The notes beneath the pieces were generated by a model. The model worked only from the letters and a program-made list of their open reading frames with translations. It was not told the DNA's origin and ran no database searches. Position numbers and translations under genes: made by a program. This document shows, piece after piece, positions 47,831 through 56,796 of a DNA stretch of 64,000 nt. Source of the DNA: a virus. The stretch is taken from the IMG/VR virus record IMGVR_UViG_3300029763_000196. One strand, written 5' to 3'. Position 1 is the stretch's first letter. The number at the start of each line of letters is the position of its first letter.

Positions 47831-47876
47831 AAAGGCTTTCAAACACCATTCAAATGACGTTTGAAAGCCTTTTTAT
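47831..47876 (+). terminator. rho-independent terminator after the Dam gene
   Basis: 14-bp perfect stem AAAGGCTTTCAAAC / GTTTGAAAGCCTTT followed by TTTT. Confidence 0.6.
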
Positions 47877-47900
47877 ATCGTGCGTGTGCGATAATTTTTT

Positions 47901-47969
47901 CACATTTCGTTTTATACCCTGATTATCGCATTTCGTTTTTTATACCGCTCGCATTTCGTTTTGCCGATT
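47901..47969. promoter_or_regulatory. right-end transposase-binding-site repeats (inverted relative to left end)
   Basis: CACATTTCGTTTT, ATCGCATTTCGTTTTTT, TCGCATTTCGTTTT = reverse complements of the left-end AAAACGAAATG(C/T)G sites. Confidence 0.5.
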
Positions 47970-47977
47970 ATAATAAG
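47970..47977. repeat. right copy of ATAATAAG flanking direct repeat
   Basis: identical to 12273..12280. Confidence 0.5.
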
Positions 47978-48003
47978 TAGTATTTTCTTCATAATATTTT
48001 TAT

Positions 48004-48856
48004 TTATTCGCATAGTCCATGAAACAGGCTCATGCAGGCATATCCACTTTCCGGCTCGAACATATCAGGGGTATGTTCTTTAACGTACTCCAAAACTTCC
48101 TCTACATAAGGATATTGTTTGTTTTTACAGAATCTTTGAGGTATGTATGATGGAGGAAAGAAGGAATGTCCCACGTTTTTCTCTGCTTGAATCAGACGTT
48201 GACACATTTCAGGATCATTTTTGGCTATAAGTTCAATTTCTTTATGCCGACACATGATACACGGGAAACATCCAACACGTGAGAATCCACGATAATACAA
48301 TGGATTCGGTTTCTGCCCTGCATCCAGTATGCAATCTATAACTTGCTGTGCACTCCATTTGAAGATCGGTCTTAGAACAGAAGCGTCAAATTGGGAACAC
48401 CATTCTTTGACATCCTTACTTCGGTAGTTTTCAGTTCTTCCTTTCTTATTAGGTTGAAAATACGATTTGAAGTACATACATTCCTCTTCCATTGCCGCAC
48501 GTGCTGTACTTTCTCCGGCTCTGATACCTTGTATAATAATGCAGCTTTCTTTCAAAGAAAGTACATAATCAATCATTGGCTTCATTTTTAGTTCACTGGT
48601 ACAAAACCGTGCATTCGTGGAAGGAAATCTTTTCTTGTGAACTGCCAAAGACACAAAATCGTATTTTGATTTGAGAGTTATAAGTCTTACTCCCATTTGC
48701 AGACAAACATCATTCACATGTTTATATGTGTCAGGGTGTTCCCAGCCGGTGTCACAAAACACAGCGATTAAATTCCCCCCCCCCATATTGTTTGAAGGCT
48801 TGGATCAAACATGCTTGTGAATCCTTACCACCTGAAAAACTTACTAATATTTTCAT
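48004..48856 (-). CDS. PAPS-reductase-like PP-loop ATPase (phosphoadenosine phosphosulfate reductase family), N-terminus split off by a frameshift at a G10 tract
   Basis: upstream mini-ORF MKILVSFSGGKDSQACLIQAFKQYGGG carries the SGGxDS PP-loop; main ORF starts MGGGNLIAVF; removing one G (C10 at 48775-48784 on +) fuses them. Confidence 0.7.
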
Positions 48857-48858
48857 TT

Positions 48859-49486
48859 TTATGTCATTTCAATTTTTACATATTCATTTTTATTAATCCC
48901 GGCACTACCTTTGGGAGAATACACTAATCGGCCTCCATTATCCAATATCTTTTGTACATCTTTCATAGCTTGGTGTGCTTGGGTATAGTCTTTGTATTCT
49001 TGGTGGCCTATTGGGTATTTACAATATCTTCTGCCACCGTCAGGCATGATGCTGATACCGAATACTGTTTCACGAGTTTTTCGGTTGAAATTCTGTTGAG
49101 TCCTTACTTTCATTTTTTTTGATACATTTTCCCAGTTTAAGTATAAATACACATTCGTTATCCGGTGCTCCCCAATTGGTGTTACCAACTCCGATGGTTA
49201 TAGATTCAAGTTCAAAAAGCATTGTCCGTTTGGTGTAGCCAAAACGGAAGCAAACATGAGTGTATTCTTTGGGGTGAAAGCCGTTTCCACGTGTAATACA
49301 AGAAAAACAAATAGCTTTCTTACAATAGAAACCAGTCTTTTCATAGGAATTGCGACCTCCACATTTTGCTAATCTTCCGATCCAGTATTTCTTGATCTCT
49401 CTGTATTCTTCTTTCTTATTTCCGGATTCGATCATTTCATACCATTTTGCTTTTAATGGCAGGTCAAGGATTTTCATATTAACCAT
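48859..49486 (-). CDS. ASCH-domain protein; two overlapping ORFs (49070..49486 and 48859..49188) that would fuse with one fewer A in an A8 run
   Basis: MKILDLPLKAKWYEMIESGNKKEEYREI resembles ASCH/PUA-like N-terminus; T8 at 49113-49120 lies exactly in the overlap. Confidence 0.4.
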
Positions 49487-49720
49487 AGTCTAAAAGAGTT
49501 GCGGATTCTGTTTGTCGTGAAGGATTTTTTGAACACGTTCAATTTCTTCATCTACTTCACGCTCAATTTGTTTACTTATTCGTAAATCTATCTGTCTCTT
49601 ATTTTTGAAATATTCTTTTTGGCAACGGCGCATTTCCACCACTTTGTCGAAAAATTCTTTTGGAGTCATAGATTTAAAAGGTATGGAAAAGGCCGCTTTG
49701 ATGCGGCCTCCCCAGTGTGA

Positions 49721-50305
49721 TTACTTTTTTCCAATCAGAAAGTCTTTCCACAATTCTTTGAATTGTTCTCCAAAGTAAATTGCGATTTCACTTGATTTTA
49801 CAGCAAGGCGAGAGCCGACACTCGCAGTCGAGTACGACCAAACGGTATGCGAGGACGCATAAGCGAGGCCGCACCTCGCACCGTAATCCGCATTACCGCC
49901 CCAAAGAACCAGCTGATTACGATCCTCTTCGTCCATTTCATCAATTTCTTTCTGATTATAAAGATAAAACCACGGCGTATAACGGTATTCATCTTTAGTA
50001 AATCGTGGAAAATCAGGATCGTTGTTCAATGCACGAGCAATTGTGCATAGTTTGATGTAGGCGAGGTGTGCAATATCAGCCACTTCTTCTTTGTGTCCGT
50101 CTTCATCCTCAACAAGTAGGCGAACAATAGGTTTTACACCTATTGCTTCACAAGCATCTTCGTAGGTTTTAATATTGTGATAATCTGTATAATCCGGCTT
50201 TTGCTTTCCGAATAGGGCTGTTAGAATACTAATTGCTTTAGGACAGTCGTTTGCTTCACTAAAAGCGGCTGTTACCTTTTCTTGTGTGATTTTAAGTTCT
50301 GACAT
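49721..50305 (-). CDS. hypothetical protein
   Basis: 194-aa ORF. Confidence 0.4.
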   Translation of the reverse strand: MSELKITQEKVTAAFSEANDCPKAISILTALFGKQKPDYTDYHNIKTYEDACEAIGVKPIVRLLVEDEDGHKEEVADIAHLAYIKLCTIARALNNDPDFPRFTKDEYRYTPWFYLYNQKEIDEMDEEDRNQLVLWGGNADYGARCGLAYASSHTVWSYSTASVGSRLAVKSSEIAIYFGEQFKELWKDFLIGKK

Positions 50306-50313
50306 AATGTAAA

Positions 50314-51066
50314 TTATTTATTGTTAATACTATATCCGAATAATGCAAAATCTCCCCGGCACGGATCATCCGGGAAAATTGTTTTCATGTAATTGGTTAC
50401 TTGTTGAACCATTTTCCAGTCCTCTGTTTTGCGTGTTGTTATCCCAAGCTGGTGTGCCATTTTTGCAACATGTGCATCCAATGGTATGTATAATTCTGTC
50501 GGGTGAATAATATTCCAAATACCTAAATCCACCGGCGATTTTCGTACTACCCACCGTAGAAACAGACAAATACGCTTGCATGGAGAATCACGCTCCAATT
50601 TTGGAATACCTTTTACGCCACCAAAATCTGTTTGTATTTCACGGATAACATTGTTGTAACCCTCATAAAATACTTCCAAATCATCCCATTCCTGATATAT
50701 GTTGTACAACCGCTGGCAAATGCAGAAGAAGTCATGGTAGGTGAACATACGGTAGAAGGTATTTGTATTTTCTTTGTATTGTTCCCATACTTTGTTCATA
50801 ATGAAGGCATAAGGAGAATTACCCATTAGATTATCCAAAATTTCTGCTTGCTGCATTATCAGTTTGCGATTCCCGAAAGCTATCCATGAAGTAAGAAAGG
50901 CACTGATTTCTATGTCCTTTTTATCATTGTACTTATGTGGAAAAAATATAGGATCATCTTTTATAAAATCAGGTGTTTCAAATTGTTTCGCCCAGTCAAG
51001 TAGTTTGTCTCTTAGTTCTTCCATAATATTCTTCTTTCCATTTTTTGAAAGCGGCTTCTTTATCAT
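50314..51066 (-). CDS. hypothetical protein, possibly HhH-type DNA-glycosylase-like (DUF2400/TIGR02757-like)
   Basis: segment LDAHVAKMAHQLGI resembles the helix-hairpin-helix region of Nth-type enzymes; family recall uncertain. Confidence 0.25.
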   Translation of the reverse strand: MIKKPLSKNGKKNIMEELRDKLLDWAKQFETPDFIKDDPIFFPHKYNDKKDIEISAFLTSWIAFGNRKLIMQQAEILDNLMGNSPYAFIMNKVWEQYKENTNTFYRMFTYHDFFCICQRLYNIYQEWDDLEVFYEGYNNVIREIQTDFGGVKGIPKLERDSPCKRICLFLRWVVRKSPVDLGIWNIIHPTELYIPLDAHVAKMAHQLGITTRKTEDWKMVQQVTNYMKTIFPDDPCRGDFALFGYSINNK

Positions 51067-51679
51067 TTGATTTCATCCTTTGTATGAATGATTGATGGGA
51101 TTCCAATAATTCTTTGGCCTCTTCATCTCCATTTTCCGATCTTTCAGTTAGATGTTTGATATATTCTCCGTAGAACATTCCAGTGCTGTTATTATTTTGT
51201 TCATGGGCTTCATTAATTGAAAGAGAAGAAACAATTTCATCACGCTGTGCATCGTATTCATTTAACCAGCCGAGAATGATATTACCGTCCAGTCTATCGT
51301 AAATCTTACCGGAAGCCATAGCATTACGGAAACACAATTTGATTTCCTCCAATTTGAGATAATAGAATCTGTCTATTATTAGATCAGCGGTAAGTGCCAC
51401 TTGAACATCATTCATCGTTTTTCCAACATTGAAAAAAGACACAAGCTCGTTAATCGCAATTACCAGTATGGCTCTTGCGCCAGCCAATGTGATTTCTTTT
51501 CTTATAACGGAGAGTGGTAGGTTAGGAGTGTTGAGAACAGCTTCTTTAATCGAACTTACGTGCAATCCCTTGTAATACTCCGCTTGCAAGGTCAGCAAGT
51601 CTTTCAACGCTTTCTTTTCGGTTGCCGGGAGATTGCTGTTGACTTGAATTAAGTTGTTTCCCATACTTGTTAAAATCAT
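50996..51679 (-). CDS. hypothetical protein
   Basis: 227-aa ORF; start uncertain (overlaps upstream gene). Confidence 0.35.
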   Translation of the reverse strand: MILTSMGNNLIQVNSNLPATEKKALKDLLTLQAEYYKGLHVSSIKEAVLNTPNLPLSVIRKEITLAGARAILVIAINELVSFFNVGKTMNDVQVALTADLIIDRFYYLKLEEIKLCFRNAMASGKIYDRLDGNIILGWLNEYDAQRDEIVSSLSINEAHEQNNNSTGMFYGEYIKHLTERSENGDEEAKELLESHQSFIQRMKSNDKEAAFKKWKEEYYGRTKRQTT

Positions 51680-51965
51680 TATTAGACCATCTGACTAAAC
51701 GTTTGGAAACTTCAAATGTACGTTCCTTCTCAAAGCGCATTTTCCGTCCTCCGCATTCAGTCCAATACTCGAAAAAGTCCTTCAACATATCATCAGGATA
51801 TTTCCCTCTATACATGAGGACTTCACTTCTGAATTTGTCTTTCCTTGCAGAAAGAGAATCCTTATTCATATTCATCTTATGGCCTAATCCGGCCATGAAT
51901 GCTTGTTCCAATGTTGCATCAGGATGATCCCGACACCACTGGGTTGCTAATTCTTCTGATTTCAT
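51546..51965 (-). CDS. hypothetical protein
   Basis: 139-aa ORF. Confidence 0.35.
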   Translation of the reverse strand: MKSEELATQWCRDHPDATLEQAFMAGLGHKMNMNKDSLSARKDKFRSEVLMYRGKYPDDMLKDFFEYWTECGGRKMRFEKERTFEVSKRLVRWSNNDFNKYGKQLNSSQQQSPGNRKESVERLADLASGVLQGIARKFD

Positions 51966-51970
51966 TTGAT

Positions 51971-53077
51971 TTATAATTTAGATAACCAATATTTCCATAT
52001 TCGTGAGGCTACGTGCGCCATCATAACGGGTGGTACACTCATTCCACAGATATAATGTGGGGATTGGTTGAGGAAATGATAATCTTGTGGAAATGTGGAT
52101 ATATTACATACTTCTGACCGTGATAAATATATAGGCTGCTTAAAAGGAATAATTGAGTCTGCATGAGTTGTTAGGGTGTAGCTTACTTTGTTCTCATATA
52201 GATATTGTTGATTAAAAAAGCCTCGTTTTCCAGTTTGTTTCTTATAGGCCTCTGCCAAAGCAATATCTCCTGCCACTCTCTGCTCAAATAACTTTCTCAT
52301 TTTTACACCAATAGGCTTTCCCTTGTAATCCGCATATTCCCCATAATATATTTCCGATTCATTAAATTCCATGTCGATGTATGGCTCAACATTGAAGAGG
52401 TCTGAAACTTTTAGGAAATGGACTCCCAAATCATGCCTGATACATATAAAGAATACACGTTCTCTTTTTTGAGGTACTCCCATTTTAGAAGCATCAAGAA
52501 GAAAATGCTGACAATAATAACCAGCTTCCTCAAAGTCTTTGTATATACGTCTGACATAATCAATCGCATTCCCTAAAAGAAGTCCTTTCACATTTTCAGC
52601 AATAACGACTTTAGGTTTTAAGCGTTTGGCAAGTGCAATAAAATCAAAAAAGAGCGTGTCTAAAACTTGTGTCTTTTGACCTTCTTTGAATTTCTTTTCT
52701 TTACCCCACGCATCTTCACGTAATCCCGACATGCTAAATGTACTGCAAGGTGGTGATCCGTCCAATATATCTAAATGGTACAGTTCTTCGGGAAGATTAT
52801 TCCTTTTCACTAAATCACGAATATCTTCCAAATAACTATACTGGGGATGATGGTTTGTTTCATAGCATTTCATCATTCGTGGATCAATCTCATTACAGCC
52901 AATAACATCGTAACCTGCTATTTTGTAACCCATAGTAGAGCCACCGCCACATGCAAAACAAGAAAATACCTTTCCTTTATCTTTAGTAAAAACAGCATCT
53001 TCTAAAGACCAGCGATAAGGATAGAGATGTTGTGTATGGGGGGGGGTAATTACATCTTTCATCATTCCACCTCCCAT
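51971..53077 (-). CDS. DNA cytosine-5 methyltransferase
   Basis: motif I FSCFACGGGS, motif IV PCSTFS, ENV (motif VI), QxRxR-like RERVF; in-frame C9 run (TPPH) near the 5' end. Confidence 0.85.
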   Translation of the reverse strand: MGGGMMKDVITPPHTQHLYPYRWSLEDAVFTKDKGKVFSCFACGGGSTMGYKIAGYDVIGCNEIDPRMMKCYETNHHPQYSYLEDIRDLVKRNNLPEELYHLDILDGSPPCSTFSMSGLREDAWGKEKKFKEGQKTQVLDTLFFDFIALAKRLKPKVVIAENVKGLLLGNAIDYVRRIYKDFEEAGYYCQHFLLDASKMGVPQKRERVFFICIRHDLGVHFLKVSDLFNVEPYIDMEFNESEIYYGEYADYKGKPIGVKMRKLFEQRVAGDIALAEAYKKQTGKRGFFNQQYLYENKVSYTLTTHADSIIPFKQPIYLSRSEVCNISTFPQDYHFLNQSPHYICGMSVPPVMMAHVASRIWKYWLSKL

Positions 53078-53598
53078 AATTCAGCTACTCTTTTGAACTC
53101 TTCATCAGCCGGAACCGGGCAATCTTTGATCCATTGCATATCTTTTACTTTCCATAACGAAAGGTCTGTGTTGTCAGGAATATGCTTTTTAATATCAGGA
53201 AAAAGATTGAGCCGAAGAGATTTACTTTCCATAAGTTCATCTTTGTAATCCAACAAAAAATTATTGGCCTCCAATAAACTATGAACATCATTAACAGAAT
53301 GTGGAGTGTAAACAACTCCATCGAAGTATCTGATATAATTGGGGAGCATATCAGCCAGTGCCGTATATAGAAATAATTTTCCTTTATTACCATAGGCCAA
53401 TTTTTGAACGGTTTTGATACTTTCAGCCAAATTTGCCAGTTTTTCAGGAAACAAAAGTGGTTCTCCACCAGTTATCATGATCTCTTTGTAATTAAAGTGC
53501 TCAACAACTGGTAATTTTGAAAAATCCCATGAGTTGTTGCAACACATAGGACATTTGTTCGGACATTTGGTTGTAACCAATAGACGTAACTTTTCCAT
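53062..53598 (-). CDS. small radical SAM protein (NrdG/QueE-like organic-radical-activating enzyme family)
   Basis: CPNKCPMC = CxxxCxxC cluster motif, then ITGGEPLL SAM-binding motif; 178 aa. Confidence 0.65.
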   Translation of the reverse strand: MEKLRLLVTTKCPNKCPMCCNNSWDFSKLPVVEHFNYKEIMITGGEPLLFPEKLANLAESIKTVQKLAYGNKGKLFLYTALADMLPNYIRYFDGVVYTPHSVNDVHSLLEANNFLLDYKDELMESKSLRLNLFPDIKKHIPDNTDLSLWKVKDMQWIKDCPVPADEEFKRVAELWEVE

Positions 53599-53875
53599 TT
53601 ATAATGATATTGTTTGGGTGTATTTCAATTCTCCGGTATATCCACGTGCTTTCAATTCTGCGATAAGTTCCCGTGGAGAAAATTTTGCCAATTCAGGATT
53701 GGAATATATTTTCTTCAAATTCCCCCCCCCCCGGAGTTTTCTTACGGTTTCTGGCATAAACATTACCGCACTCTTTACAATATGTCTGCAATCCATCTTC
53801 GGTTGAAGCATTTTTCCAAAACTCACTGACCGGAAGTTCCCGGCCACATTTGCTACATTTTTTTAATTTTTCCAT
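53599..53875 (-). CDS. small zinc-ribbon protein split by frameshift at a G11 tract
   Basis: N-terminal CSKCGREL...CKECGN zinc ribbon (53693..53875) and C-terminal part (53599..53847) join in frame if one G of the tract (C11 at 53722-53732 on +) is removed. Confidence 0.45.
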
Positions 53876-54330
53876 TATTCCTTTTCTTTAATTCTACCAT
53901 ATTCACATATTAGTAAGGCATCCGAAGTTGCCAATGTAACTTTTGCATACGGGAACAGCTGTTGGGCTTTCTTCTTTAAGATGTTTTTCCATTCTGTCTT
54001 ACCCAATTTGTCTGTATTTCGTAATCCTATAGTTTTTTGCCAAGTTTGTGGAGATACTGTTACTGTCGGAATCCCACAAGCTATCAATCCCATAGTCAGC
54101 TGTCCGTAACCTTCTCCAAAAACAAAAGAGGCAGAAGCACTTTGTCCGGTCATGCCATTCACTCGTTCCAAATAACAAACGCTATTTTCTTTGTATATGG
54201 AGAGAAAATCTAATAAGTCTTTGGGAGTTGGTGGCATTTTGATACACTCCAATAATTTGTTATTCTCGGTGTCGTACACTACAATTCCACCGTTTTTGCC
54301 AACATCTATACCTATGATCCTTCGTTTCAT
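53875..54330 (-). CDS. RuvC-like Holliday junction resolvase
   Basis: N-terminal IIGIDVGKNGGIVVYD (RNase H-like fold first strand with catalytic Asp), 151 aa. Confidence 0.55.
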   Translation of the reverse strand: MKRRIIGIDVGKNGGIVVYDTENNKLLECIKMPPTPKDLLDFLSIYKENSVCYLERVNGMTGQSASASFVFGEGYGQLTMGLIACGIPTVTVSPQTWQKTIGLRNTDKLGKTEWKNILKKKAQQLFPYAKVTLATSDALLICEYGRIKEKE

Positions 54331-54333
54331 AAA

Positions 54334-54552
54334 TTATACTTTTTTGTTTATAAATCTTTTGAGCTTAATTACATCTTTCTTTCCAAGCCTTAGTGCTTCA
54401 CTGGTCTTGATGTCAGAAGGTGAAGCTTTACAATTCTCGGTTATCCTTTCAAAATGTCGGATAAAGGATTTTAGGAAATAGTCGGGGATTTCAACTTTCA
54501 TAATGATTGATTTATGTGGATAAGCCCGGACTCGAACCGGGAACTGTTGCAA
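54334..54552 (-). CDS. hypothetical protein
   Basis: 72-aa ORF. Confidence 0.3.
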   Translation of the reverse strand: MQQFPVRVRAYPHKSIIMKVEIPDYFLKSFIRHFERITENCKASPSDIKTSEALRLGKKDVIKLKRFINKKV

Positions 54553-54679
54553 TCAGGATTTTCGTTTCTGCTTCCGTTTGTACGTATGTCAAGTGTTAAT
54601 AGCATATTACCTGACTCGTGATGCTATTCGTGCATTTTTACCACAGAAACTAAGCGTCTTCCGATTTCGCCACTTATCC
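54513..54679 (-). other. tRNA-like element: perfect T-arm and 7-bp acceptor pairing, but 167 nt long with an internal structured insert (split/intron-containing tRNA, tRNA-like ncRNA or att-site remnant)
   Basis: minus strand: GGATAAG...GCGAAATCGGAAGACGC...[GTTTCTG..AATAGCAT hairpin ATGCTATT..CAGAAAC]...CCCGG TTCGAGT CCGGG CTTATCC A. Confidence 0.3.
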
Positions 54680-54866
54680 GTTTGCCTCTACAATAGAGGC
54701 ATTTTACATGAACAAAAAGACTCTTTGTAGTATCTACCGCCGTGGAGCGTATGCAGCGTACTCGACTCGACTTGCAAAGAGAAGAAAAAAGGTGAGGCAT
54801 GATAGTTCCCGGATAGGCGGTCAAGCCACACCGGGAGAAGCTGATTATTAATCGGGTTGATAATTA

Positions 54867-55076
54867 TTATTTTAGGAATTTAGCAAAAGTCTTGATTGAG
54901 CCTTCATTATTACTTTTTAAAGAGGCCAATTCTGTATTTTTAGAAGTTAGTGTAGAAATAACAGATTTATTCTTTTCGATTTCTGCATCAATATCACTAT
55001 TAAGTGTTTCCAAATCGGCTTTTGCTTGTGCAAATTGAGACAATATCGTATCTCTTCTTTGTTGAAATGTCAGCAT
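54867..55076 (-). CDS. small coiled-coil protein
   Basis: 69-aa ORF. Confidence 0.3.
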   Translation of the reverse strand: MLTFQQRRDTILSQFAQAKADLETLNSDIDAEIEKNKSVISTLTSKNTELASLKSNNEGSIKTFAKFLK

Positions 55077-55077
55077 A

Positions 55078-55887
55078 TTATTTTGTCATTTTTAAAAATT
55101 CAGGAGCAATGCCATATAGAGGTGTCTTCCCGTCCCACTTGTCTATAAATTGTTTATATAAAATCTCACGGGTGAGTCCACGGGACGCAATTAAAGCTTG
55201 TTCTGTTTTTAGTTGCTCCAGTTCGTTTTGCTTCTTTTGTTCTTCAATCTTCTGATCAAGTACCGAAATATTAGTGTTTACCTCGTTACGGCTATCTATT
55301 TTATCGCGGACAGCTCTTGAAAATTCCAATTGTGCGGAGAAGGTCAATAACTGCAATCCCCGTTTCTCAAATTCTTTATCAACGATCTGTTCCAGTCTCT
55401 TTTCAAATACCAATGAACCACCGTCAGCCATCAGACTGTCTGTTTTATGTTTGCGACTTTCTTCTTTGATAAGATCATATATACGTGGCTCCAAAATATT
55501 ATCTTCTAATGATTGCATAAAGCCATCTTTTCCCGATGGGGTGTCAGCCTTATCAATATGCTTGTTATCAAATACAATATCAATAGCCCTGTTTTTCATT
55601 ACTTTATAAGAGTAAGTTGGCCGGGCTGTAAACTCTGTATTGTCGGCTGCTTTTAGTGTGACTGGATCAGAAAATTCTCCACGCTGATCGAATAGCGGAA
55701 CTTGAAAAAGCTCTGTGCCTAATTCCCATGTAGATACCTTACCGGCAACGATTTTAAAATCTTCTTTCCCTTGTTTGCCGTAGTTCTCCATAAGGACACC
55801 GGCATAATTGGGAGCAACTCTTTCGCATGAAGCAAACAAAACAACGGCAAATAGTGCCACAATCAAAAAATCAATCTTTCTTTTCAT
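55078..55887 (-). CDS. SPFH/band-7 (prohibitin-like) lipoprotein
   Basis: signal peptide with lipobox LFASC; SPFH-like core followed by long coiled coil. Confidence 0.5.
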   Translation of the reverse strand: MKRKIDFLIVALFAVVLFASCERVAPNYAGVLMENYGKQGKEDFKIVAGKVSTWELGTELFQVPLFDQRGEFSDPVTLKAADNTEFTARPTYSYKVMKNRAIDIVFDNKHIDKADTPSGKDGFMQSLEDNILEPRIYDLIKEESRKHKTDSLMADGGSLVFEKRLEQIVDKEFEKRGLQLLTFSAQLEFSRAVRDKIDSRNEVNTNISVLDQKIEEQKKQNELEQLKTEQALIASRGLTREILYKQFIDKWDGKTPLYGIAPEFLKMTK

Positions 55888-56046
55888 TTTCTACTTTTTT
55901 AATGATATTATAAACTATAAATGCTACTGTCAGCATAATTATTGAAATTCCCAACCACGCATTTATGTGATTGAATACGCGGTTGCCAATGAAGAAAGCC
56001 GATACGACAAGTACCGGCTTCCAGTATTTCTTTACAGTCTTCATTG

Positions 56047-56790
56047 TTATTGTTCGATAATGGCAATATCCGGTGCCAATTTACGGATCAACAATAATTG
56101 CTCGTCAATGGCCTTGTTGCGTTCCTCTTCCACTATCACTTCTGCACCAGGGGAGCAAAGGGACAATCGAATATTACGCCCGTCCACATCTGCAATGATT
56201 TCCACTTCAATCTCTTCTGCAGGGCGACCTTTGAAAATCGGGACAATAAGATTGAATGAGGCCGGAAGATTGGAGTTGACAACTTGGCTGTAATTGTCAG
56301 TGCGACTACCGTTGTCTTGTCGGGAGTTTTCCACTTTTGAGTCAATGCTGGCTTTGAAGTTCTTCAAGACTGTTACCAGTTCCATGTTGTATTGTGCATC
56401 CTTGAAGAAGGCACGATTCATTTTGAAGAACTTTGAAAGCTGCACCGGTTCCCATGTCTTGCTTGTGTTAATACCAAATTCAAGAAACTTGGGATAGTAT
56501 TTCAACTCACCTCTTACAGTAGCTTTATTCCTACTGTCAGTTTCATTGGTGACAAGTTTAAGTGTCATTTTCTCCCGATCAACAAGAATATAGCAACGTT
56601 TCTGATTGATCTGCTCTTTTTCAGAGATTCCTTTCAAGAGAAATTCATGAACACTTCCAATTGTTCCGGCTAATTCTACCTTATCAGGCTCCAGTACCGG
56701 TAACTCATTTTCTTCGTGAAGTTCAATAACTCTAAGGGTTGCTTCGGTCACACCCGGAGCAAAGTTCACTTGCATCTTTTCGTTTTCCAT
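56047..56790 (-). CDS. hypothetical protein
   Basis: 247-aa ORF. Confidence 0.4.
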   Translation of the reverse strand: MENEKMQVNFAPGVTEATLRVIELHEENELPVLEPDKVELAGTIGSVHEFLLKGISEKEQINQKRCYILVDREKMTLKLVTNETDSRNKATVRGELKYYPKFLEFGINTSKTWEPVQLSKFFKMNRAFFKDAQYNMELVTVLKNFKASIDSKVENSRQDNGSRTDNYSQVVNSNLPASFNLIVPIFKGRPAEEIEVEIIADVDGRNIRLSLCSPGAEVIVEEERNKAIDEQLLLIRKLAPDIAIIEQ

Positions 56791-56796
56791 GTTGTT

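Larger units (their letters stand above)
12281..47969 (+). mobile_element. Mu-like transposable prophage (Hankyphage-like), ~35.7 kb, inserted into prophage A
   Basis: leftward c repressor, Ner-like, MuA-like DDE transposase and MuB-like ATPase at the left end; Mu-type head genes (TerS, TerL, gp36-like, portal-F, G); DGR and Dam at the right end; inverted arrays of AAACGAAATG(C/T)G sites at both ends; flanking ATAATAAG direct repeat; higher GC than flanks; flanking genes form one continuous leftward operon. Confidence 0.65.

Noticed and set aside
12261-47996. Canonical Mu termini (5'-TG...CA-3') with a 5-bp target duplication
   Set aside because: The candidate TG at 12266 and CA at 47990 are not flanked by matching 5-mers (AGGAG vs TAATA). 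The ATAATAAG 8-mer direct repeat directly outside the mirrored end sites fits better, although an 8-bp duplication is atypical for Mu-family transposition.
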